Part shown: positions 20,895-29,852 of the stretch, in pieces
Numbering within the stretch: the stretch's first letter is position 1
Layout of the letters: each line of letters starts with the position of its first letter
From: Azolla caroliniana
Taxonomy: Eukaryota > Plantae > Polypodiophyta
Assembly (NCBI GenBank): GCA_043228905.1
Contig: JBHGNT010000384.1
Coordinates: 1 to 29,852 of the forward strand
Direction of reading: 5' to 3'
DNA length: 29,852 bases
Program-made: the position numbers and the translations under genes
Notes under the pieces: model-generated
Databases searched by the model: none
What the model was told of the DNA's origin: nothing
The model's input: only the letters and a program-made list of their open reading frames with translations

Positions 20895-21254
20895 TCTATT
20901 ACATACTACATACATATCTCTTTTAATTCACTAGATGCCATTGTCAAATGTACGGGTTGAACCCATGACCTCCTGGTCTCCATTGGGCAAACTTACCAAC
21001 TGAACTACATCCGTATCTATTACCTATTTCATACGTATCTCTTTTAATTCACTAGATGCCACTGTGGAATGTAGGGGTTTAACCCATGACCTCCTGGTCT
21101 CCATTGGGCAAACTTACCAACTGAACTACATCCGTATCTATTACCTACTTCATACATATCTCTTTTAATTCACTAGATGCCACTATGGAATGTAAGGGTT
21201 GAACCCATGACCTCCTGGTCTCCATTGGGCAAACTTACCAACTGAACTACATCC
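20895..21254 (-). repeat. Tandem array of 3 x 121 bp, each unit with a tRNA-derived (SINE-head-like) segment
   Basis: Units start at 20895, 21016 and 21137. The minus strand reads ggatgTAGTTCAGTTGGTaag...ggaggtcatgGGTTCAACCC, i.e. A-box-like and B-box-like motifs at tRNA spacing. Confidence 0.85.
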
Positions 21255-23626
21255 ATCTGGGCTCTCTCTCTCTATTTAGTAATCAATTTAATAACAATAC
21301 ATGGAAATAGCTACCGAAAACTAGTTCTCATCCCCTCTTTTGAAACTTCCAATTCAGTGGGAGTTCCTGAATTGGAATTTATACCCCCTAGTGGCTAATA
21401 GGGAACAAACATAGGTTATGTCCAAACAATAACTGGGTTATATCCAGACCAGGACCCATGGGATCTAACACACCCTCCCTCATCATTAGGTGGCTGATGG
21501 AGGGATCTACTACAATAGCCTTTTCTACTTCCCACCCTGGTCCATTGAAGCAACAATTGGTGTTATACAAATTGAGCTAATGGCTCCTCTTTGTTGGTAT
21601 GAACATCCACCACACTTTACACACTTAGAGAGTTTGTTGGGAAATTTAATGACAATAGTTAGAAAGTTAGTCATCACTTTTAGCTGCACAATGTACTTCA
21701 GGAACCTCAATTAGGAGAGTAAATTTTGTTCATTAGCCACACACTGCCCTATGTTTGATGGCTTGGTCACACAACTCTGAATGTTTAACTACAAAAATCT
21801 CTCCATTTCCTTTGAGGATTTCTATGCATTACTTCAATTGAAAAAAGCCAATGATGGTGGAGTTGTGGCTAGTGTTTGATGTCCAAGAGCCAAAGTGAGA
21901 TTGATAATTGGGGTCACTTTTAATGTTTCATACATTAGTTCTACAATTGCATGCAAAATATTTGGAACACAATTAGGTTGTAGCATGATGAGAACTTAGT
22001 GAATGGTTGAACAAGTGAGGCGCTGCAAATTGCTATCCAAATTTTAATGGTAGTAGAGCTTTGGAGGGGCTCTGGCTCATATGCCCATGCCCATGACGTG
22101 CTCATTTTGAGAGTTCTACTTAAATCGAGAACATGGCAAATGAGTAAGATCCCAACATATACTTTTATGGAGTGATCTTATAATTTCACATTCTAGACAT
22201 TCTCAAATAGGATGGAAAATTTATACATGCTATCATTAAAAATGTCGTAAATGCGACAGTCGAATTTTTGGCACTCAACGATATTCACAATTTAGGTTTG
22301 TGTGGCAGTGTGTCCAATTTTATTATGGTGTTTTAATATCAACATGGAAGGAAAACATCATATTTTTATCCCTTTTAATTCTATTTTGTTTTAAAAAATA
22401 GAATTGATTGAATTTTCATCCGAGTGAATCCTCAAGTTCATTGGTTTGAGGCATAAGCCTAGTCTCTCTCTAAAACAAAAGGCCAACCAGAATCCAAATT
22501 GCATTAATCGGCTTTCGAGTCAATCTTATAGATAAGTGTTCAAGTTTGATGCATCCGAACGCATGTGGTTTCGATATTGGAGCAACTTAACACATGATCA
22601 GCCAAAGAAGGTTGTTCTAAAATGTTAAGTGCATTGAAGACGCATAACCATAAAAGTATGGTCAAAGGAAATAGATTGATTTATATGTATTATCAAGTGA
22701 GCCGAAATAAGTTCTTGGAAGATGGCACTTATGGTTCCATCATTTTGTCTACCATCGAAGTGGATGGATGGAAGCTATGAAGTTGGATTTCACGAGCCTG
22801 ATGTGAAAATCCACCCACACAATTACATGTAGTTAGGTTCATGGAGAGAGGTGATTTGTTTAGATTGACTGCATTAATTGTGGATGGCTATACACATGTT
22901 CCGAAATAGGAAGTTGTAAGCATCAATGCTTCAAACAATACCCCATGCATGACTTTGTTGCATATACACATTTCACCTCACTTCCATCAAGCCTCATTTT
23001 GTCCTTTCTTCTTCCAATGCATCGTTACGAATTAGTTCTTAAGCTCATTCATATCTTAAAGAGAGTGATTGATTACATTCTGTCACAGTGTGCTGAAGCT
23101 ATATCCTAGTGATATCAATCATGTGGTACCCATTAGAAAATACCAAGTTAAACACTATGAAATAATCAAAATGTCAATTGGGATGATCCGAAATGGATGA
23201 TGGCATCATTGCGCAGAGAGGCCTTGTTACTGATGTAGTTAGAAAATAAGATTGCTATTATATTTTAAGACTCCCTATAATGCCAACATGGACATTGAAT
23301 AAATAAAGTATGCTAATGTCAGACTAGATTAATGAAGCACCAAAAAACTTGCGGAATTAAACTATGTTTGCAACCAAGTTGGCAAAATCATATCAAAAGT
23401 TTCCAATACTTTTTCTGGTGAACAGGTTTTTTAAGAACACAGAAATTACACTTCAATACAACTTTTCTTTACACTGAAGCACTTAATGGATTTATGATAA
23501 GAACTTTGAAGCCAAATTCTTCTTTCTTAGCTTCAACTGTGATCCCAAGGTCCATACATGCATAACTAGGCTGAGAGTAAAATTAAATGAACTTTTGAGA
23601 TCTTCCAATCATAATGCATATATGCA

Positions 23627-23776
23627 TCAACTACCTGTGAATGTGCTCCCTTCAGGTGGTTGTGGCAGCTTTCGGTTGTGATGCAATGACATTTCTCGTT
23701 TCAACTCCGTCAATATCTTTTCCATTGTATACTCTCGTCTCCAATTTGCAAGCAAAGAGAAATATCTCGGATCAAC
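23627..23776 (-). CDS. UEV1: UEV1 exon 4
   Basis: tag|GTT GAT CCG...; encodes [10 protein letters not shown]; TGA at 23627-23629. The last codons are uncertain because of a possible extra intron. Confidence 0.92.
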   Translation of the reverse strand, partial: VDPRYFSLLANWRREYTMEKILTELKREMSLHHNRKLPQPPEGSTFTGS

Positions 23777-25771
23777 CTATCATAATATGTACATAACCAA
23801 ATCAATCAAACCAGGACACTTACAATCAAAGAGAAAATGAAAAGCTAATTTATTGGCCACGCATCATAACATAGTTGTCTCCTAAATTTTAGATAACGGG
23901 ATCAATCAAACCAGGACACTTACAATCAAAGAGGAAATGAAAAGCTACTTGATTGGCCACCCATCATAACATAATTGGCCCCTAAATTTTAGATAAGGGG
24001 ATCAATAATCATCACTTCTACCATCAAGACTGCATGAAAAATATTTCTCGGTCATTGACAAATGCCCTCTTTGGACAACCCATCTCTTGTTATGTTTTGC
24101 TATTTTTTTGCATGTTCGAGTCCATTTCGCCTTGTAAAAGTAAAATCTCAATTTTACAAATTTCTTGGATGCTATTAATTACTACATAAATTAAAAATCT
24201 AAAAATTACAACCAAATTTATATGCATTTGCATGAACAACATTATTTGGCGTAGCTTATATGCCAATAAAGACCTTGAAATCCCAACATATGCAAAATAT
24301 ATCAATATTAACCCTAAATCCTATGTTCAAACCATAGCCATTTAGAATGTGGTCATTCATCAGACTACTCTAGCCTTAATTAGCCCCTAATGACGTATAT
24401 GTTCATATATGCTCATAACAAAACTATCATTTTACAACATTAAAGAAACAGACAAGCATCTGAATGCTCACACAATTAAGGATGAAGAATGCCATATTTA
24501 GAACGATATTCTTACCACTCCAGTGTCTTGGTTCACACATGTCATGTTGATTCTTGAGAAAAATCGAACACTCGGTGGCTTTTCAGGGTAGTCCTTATCG
24601 CAAAACAATTTCAACTGATAGATCCGACCTTCATGTACAGACTATATAAAAAACACCCTAAATTAGCAATGGAGAAAGAAATAGGATTTGAAAATCGAAC
24701 AAAAAAAAACCACCATTAAATAATTGGATAGAGATGTATCGATGAATATGAGATCACGCTTAATAAAGCAATAGATGGTACTGGTGAGGAGAAAGCAACA
24801 AATTTAACTTACATTGTGAGGTCCAATGATGGTTCCTGTCCATGACCTCATGAAGATATCGTCACCATCATCCATTCCATAGCTCACACTGCCATCACCG
24901 ATTCCTTTCTCACCCCTCTCAAGCTCCTCAAGCAATCTGAAATTTCTTGGCACTGCCAGAGAAAACTAGTAAATTAACCTAATCTCAGGCTTCTAACCCT
25001 AACATTAAGCTCAAGATATAATAATCCTTCTCAACTTGATCCTAAGATCGATATTTTAGCCCTAATCTGAAGATTTTACTGTCATCTCAAACTTTTAACC
25101 CAAATCTTAAGATTTTATCCCTGATCTCAAACTTTGAGCCATAATCTCAAATGTGAAGCTCTTTAAGCAATCTGGAAAATCCCTAGAGATTCCAAAAACA
25201 TTTCTCAAGAAACAAATAAAAAACCTAATCTCGAGTTAAATTCAAATCTCAGAAATAAAAAAGTAGTCTAAAAATTTAATCCTGTTCTCAATTAAATTAA
25301 TCATAATCTTGAAATTTTCATCCGTAATCAATCTCAAATTAAACCTAGCTATAAATGAACTCTAACATCAGCCACATGCACATATATATATAAACTCTAA
25401 ATTCAGCCCTAATATCAAGCATAAGCATAAATTAGCCCCCAATTTCTATCAAGACATAAACCAACACTAATCTAAAGCATTGATATAAACTAATGCTAAT
25501 CTCCAAAATTTACTCCTAATCTCAAACATCGATATAAATCAGGTCTGATCTTAGCCAAGGGCATAAAATTAACCCCAATTTCAATGATAGCCATTCATTA
25601 ACCTTAATCTCAGCCCATGGTTTCAAAAGGTTTATTGTTTGCTCCAAACAGAACAAAAATTGCAGGAGAAACAGAGAGATCTGTTTGTGACTGCGAATAA
25701 GAACTCTAAATTCGCAAGAGGAGGAGGAGAAAGAAGCAATTACCCACAACAGAACCTTCACTGGTTGCCAT
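23627..25771 (-). CDS. UEV1: Ubiquitin-conjugating enzyme E2 variant (UEV1/MMS2 family), 4 coding exons, about 147 aa
   Basis: Exons 25771-25744, 24952-24813, 24641-24516 and 23776-23627 are all GT-AG and join in frame to give [147 protein letters not shown]. Confidence 0.96.
23801..24006. repeat. 100-bp tandem duplication in UEV1 intron 3
   Basis: atcaatcaaaccaggacacttacaatcaaagag starts at 23801 and 23901. Confidence 0.92.
24516..24641 (-). CDS. UEV1: UEV1 exon 3
   Basis: tag|TCT GTA CAT GAA...GGA GTG|gtaag; encodes [12 protein letters not shown]...YPEKPP. Confidence 0.97.
24813..24952 (-). CDS. UEV1: UEV1 exon 2
   Basis: cag|TG CCA AGA AAT...CAC AAT|gtaagt; encodes [17 protein letters not shown]. 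Confidence 0.97.
25744..25771 (-). CDS. UEV1: UEV1 exon 1
   Basis: ATG GCA ACC AGT GAA GGT TCT GTT GTG G|gtaatt; 28 nt, with phase matching exon 2. Confidence 0.85.
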
Positions 25772-27333
25772 AGCCGTGAAGAAGTCAGAATTAAAGAATG
25801 AAGACAGGGAGAGACTTTTGGAGCTATTTTGTGTCGACAGGAGATTTTGGTGTGAAACCAAACAGAGGATTTTCAGGGAACACATTCTGGTGTGAAACCA
25901 ACCAAACAGAGGATTCTCAGAAAATACATTCAAGTGTTGAAACCATCCAAAAAGAGAGTATTGTGAGAAAATACAATTCTAGTGTCAACTGCCACTTGTC
26001 ATCCCATGATTGTTTGCCCGCCTATACATATGACTACACTTACAGAGAAGACTCGATTCTAAGCACAAAGATCCCCTTCACATGCATTCCGGCCATCCAC
26101 CTTCCTTGTGGTCTATCGACTCATTTACAGGTTATTCAAGTTATTTAGCTTCAAAGATCTTGGAAATGATGTGTTGAGTTCCATTGGCTTTTTTGGGGAA
26201 TTTTCCGAACATTTCTCTTAATGATTGGTTTTGTTTCGGTTTCGATCCATCACGTAACATTGAGATTCAAGCATCGAATTCTATTGAGTGCGCCTCTAGG
26301 CTACTCAGGTGTGTTACACCAACCAAACATATATTCTCTCGTTTGGAGTGCTACCTCCTTACTTATAAGGTCGTATATCGAGGGAGCGGTCATGGTTTAC
26401 CCTTGAGTTCGTGAAACGAGTGAGAGTAGTCACCGAGCACTCTCAAGCCACTAACACTTGTACACTATGACCTACGTGATTAACTCAACATTTCATTTCT
26501 TAAGTAGTTGTTTTAACTAAGAAGTTGATTAGTACTGCAATGTGGCTTAATCATCTTACTAGTTAGCAATACAAACAACACCACAAATGAGAAAAACGTG
26601 CTTCAATGAGTTAAAGCAAACTATAAACCATAGGCTAAGAGAAATAGGCATAACGTGATGTCGAAATGTAAAGATATCATCGGCGGACATTAATCGATAT
26701 CATGATCTCACACTAGTGCCTCTCTAGACATGTGAGATGAGCTTCAAGATCAAGTATTGTAGTCACACAAAGGTGTATATAAAACCTCAACGGTGACAAG
26801 TTAATGTCTTTCCTTGATCTCTATATTGTTTCTTTATGGCGACTCCCCGAGGCTGAACCATGTTTGTTAGCTTTGTGAATAGTTTGTACATGAAAAAAAT
26901 GAAAGTATACTAAGTCTTTGTGCTCACCAATGTTGTTTTGGCTCTTTAATTCCTATAACATAGACCTTGAAGTGCACTTAGACCTAAACTTTAAACATGT
27001 TTTATAATACTATGTATCAATAATGTTGTTTGGTCTTGTTCAAATTTAAACTCATTGCCTCAAGAATGAAGCAATTAAACACTCAAGCTAACCAATGTCT
27101 CATTCATATTGAATGTTTAATGTTTATTCATATAGGAGATATTTAAAGGCATGTACCCATACACATACACACACACACTAGAAATCATCTATATATAAGA
27201 AGTTTCTATCACGTGCGTTCATGACATTATTTATAAACCCCTTATACGTATGTTTTTAACTGTGTTCCAGAATAAAAATAAGTACCAGTTCCAGAATTGG
27301 GATAATATGCGTAGATTTGGGTTCTCTTATTTG

Positions 27334-27719
27334 TGTAACAATGACCCATTGCTTTGACATGGAACCCTCAAGGGCTCTAAGATTTGAGAGCCTAGCTTTG
27401 GTTCTACAACCCCCAATGAAAACTTGGGTTTCAGTTGAACTGAATGCGTTGTGATGAATGAATAAACACCTATTTATAGGTCCTTATGGAGTATTCTAGA
27501 ATGTTCTAGAATATTTTGGATATTTATGATATTTAATATAATCATGGAATATCCTAGAATGTTCTAGAATACTCTAAATATCTTGTAATAACTAATAATA
27601 TATTTATTATAACTATATATCATATATGTTATTATAATGGTTAAAGGTCTAACATATAGACCAAGACGTCGTGGGCTCGAATCCTTGTAAGGCCAAAATA
27701 AATGTATGTCTTCGTGACA
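27334..27719 (-). repeat. LTR-D: Gypsy-type LTR (solo or remnant)
   Basis: The minus strand begins TGTCACGAAG at 27719 and has attctagaa repeats, ctataaatagg TATA and a probable end ...GTTACA at 27334. Left boundary uncertain; no TSD found. Confidence 0.65.
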
Positions 27720-29028
27720 CTTTATACAAACAAGGAAACAACCACGAATCTACATGCAATATAGTTTGCAAAATTTATATATGCAATTTTTTCATGATCA
27801 TCTGATGTTTGGCCACCTCAGATTCCACAAGGTTCTGGAAAAGAGTTGTCTTCTAGTATTATTGGTTGCAAATGCGTAAAATGATCGCGGATTACATCAA
27901 ACAATGGCAATCATGTCAACCGATTAAACCACCCCATTCCAATGACAACCTACTCCAGCCTATTACCGTCTCTGAACCCTTTGAGTTAATAGGATGGGAT
28001 ATCATCGGCCCTTTTCCTGAATCCTATGCAAGAAATGGGTATATTTTAGTCATCTTCGAATACTTGATGCGATGGACCGAAACCACAACAATTCCGGACG
28101 CACGGGCTATCACCATAGCAACAAAGTTGATGGAGCGGATTGTTTTCTCACATGGTTGCCCAGCTCGCATCCTATCAGATAAAGGAACACAATTTAGCGG
28201 AGAGGTACTGCAAGCATTAGCCACATAGTTAGGCATTCAATATATCTTTACCTCAACATATCACCCCCAGATGAACGGTTTGACAGAACGGATGAATAAG
28301 ACAATTAAACAACAACTTACCGCATTCATCGACCCATTACACACAACGCGGGACTTGATCCTACCCTTCATCACGCATGTGTATAACACCTCGTGCAAGC
28401 CTTGACTCGAATCAACCCTTTTCGAGCACTATATGGGCGAGATCGCCACCTAGCTCCCGACATCAAGGTGGACCTAGCCAACAAAAATACTCAAATCGAC
28501 GCAATGGATTGGTGGCTACACATGCAACAACTCCAACCTATCTTATGGCTAAGCATACACAAGAACCTACAACTAGCTCAATCACGACCAAAGCAGTGCT
28601 ACGATAAAGGCCGACGTGTGATAGAGTACGCAACTGGAGCAAAGGTCCTAGTCTATTTCCCAATCAGGCGACAGGGACTCAATGAATCAATGATGCATAG
28701 ATGGATCAACACTTTTACTGTTATTCGATCAATGAGAACCAACACCTATTCCCTTCGCCGAGATGCTAATGGACGAATGACCTATGCGCACGTGATTCAG
28801 ATGAAGCCGTATGTCAAGCACTCCATAGATACTAAAACAACTCAAGCATCACAAGAAGAATCAACTCACGATGATGTCCCTGATGATGACGAATCAAAAA
28901 GCCCTTCAGTCCCAGCCAGCAAGCAAGATGAAACTGAGACGCCATCGACCACGACCAACTTGGATGTCATTTGTAATGGCAACTCATCAGAGGTAGCTCC
29001 CACAACGACGGATCAGAGGCGCCATTAG
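27720..29028 (+). pseudogene. Gypsy-E integrase fragment, disrupted
   Basis: Zinc-binding remnant FFHDH...GHL...QSCQ, core FELIGWDIIGPFP / LSDKGTQF / YHPQMNGLTERMN, and PFRALYGR. Several stops and frameshifts. Confidence 0.9.
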
Positions 29029-29037
29029 GCAAAGCTA

Positions 29038-29069
<32 letters not shown>

Positions 29070-29072
29070 TTC

Positions 29073-29278
29073 GGAAAGGAGAGCTGTGGGATTGCGTGGT
29101 AAAACCACAGGGCCAAACCCCCGACCTAAGCCACATAGCTATAACCAAGGTTAGGGGAGTAATACCTTAGTTTAGTTAGGGGTTATTTAGAGGTAACTAG
29201 ATGAATAACTATAAGTGTGCCAAGATAACATAAGGTATCTTGGAATGTACTAAGAAACTCTATAAAGGAGTTTAGGGT
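29073..29278 (+). repeat. PPT (29073-29083) and start of the Gypsy-E 3' LTR (from 29085)
   Basis: ggaaaggagag then TGTGGG downstream of the integrase and a (CA)n tract. Interrupted just after ctataaagg by a Copia LTR. Confidence 0.6.
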
Positions 29279-29555
29279 TGATAGGAATACGCTCTCCTCT
29301 ACTATGCTCGGCTACAACCGAGTCGTCGGATCAATCACAGAAAACAGGGATGTGAAGAGGTGTATCAACACATGAAACAGTAAAGAAGAGAGTGCATTGG
29401 ATGTTAACGTGGAAAACCCAAATATGGGAAAAACCACGGTGGCCCTCAGACTACAAAATGTCACTATATTAAGATTACAACAATGGGGCACAAAGGCAAC
29501 GACCTCTTGCTCCCTCGCTTCGCCACCAAGGGGTTACAACAGAGGCAACAACCTC

Positions 29556-29617
<62 letters not shown>

Positions 29618-29852
29618 TACACAGTTACACTCTGAATTATCACAACAACGATAATGACACGACCAACTCTCTCACAAAGGTTTGCCCTAAGTCATATTTA
29701 TACTGATATGACTATTCGGCTATTTGCAAATATAGCCCCAATGGGCTCTCAGGAACATATTTATGAATATGTCCCTTCATCCGGTGAGTACTCCTCACCG
29801 GGCCTGCATCATTTGGCGGATGCCGGTTCTTGTTGGGCCTTGTTCATCCCAT
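29279..29852 (-). repeat. Diverged Copia-A-family LTR in reverse orientation (runs off the window)
   Basis: The reverse complement aligns with about 5275-5638 plus 12952-13069 (agtcatat...atatgacttagggcaaac, gaggtcgttgcctt, gggttttccacgt). Expanded (CT)n at about 29559-29613. Confidence 0.88.

Noticed and set aside
20940-21254. Functional tRNA genes
   Set aside because: No credible D-stem or anticodon arm and a shortened T loop; treated as tRNA-derived repeats.
21300-23500. Short ORFs or a transposase relic
   Set aside because: No recognisable motifs or consistent splice structure.
25798-26414. ORFs upstream of UEV1 as a divergent gene
   Set aside because: No recognisable domain; they partly overlap short repeats and rely on weak or non-ATG starts.

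Overview
This is plant nuclear DNA, most likely from a non-seed land plant (inferred from the Gypsy lineages present). About two thirds of the window is nested, decayed LTR retrotransposons, and there is one intact host gene. Positions 1-18379 form a nest of elements. A near-complete Ty3/Gypsy element (Gypsy-B, 5639-12947; tRNA-Trp PBS, 4-bp TSD ACGT) sits in the 3' LTR of a Tork/Tnt1-like Copia (Copia-A, 1531-13069; TSD TTTAC). Copia-A sits in the 3' LTR of a related Gypsy (Gypsy-A, LTR 1370...14073). Gypsy-A interrupts the RT of a minus-strand Copia fragment, which is fused to a deleted minus-strand Gypsy whose LTR carries a solo LTR (TSD CCCTT). A four-exon UEV1/MMS2 ubiquitin-conjugating enzyme variant gene lies on the minus strand (23627-25771). 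Further Gypsy and Copia fragments fill 27.3-29.85 kb. The most unusual signal is that three different Gypsy-type LTRs each carry an antisense tRNA-like A-box/B-box cassette near the LTR 5' end, and a separate 3 x 121 bp tandem array is built from a similar tRNA-like unit. All coordinates and comparisons were made by eye; no database searches were run.
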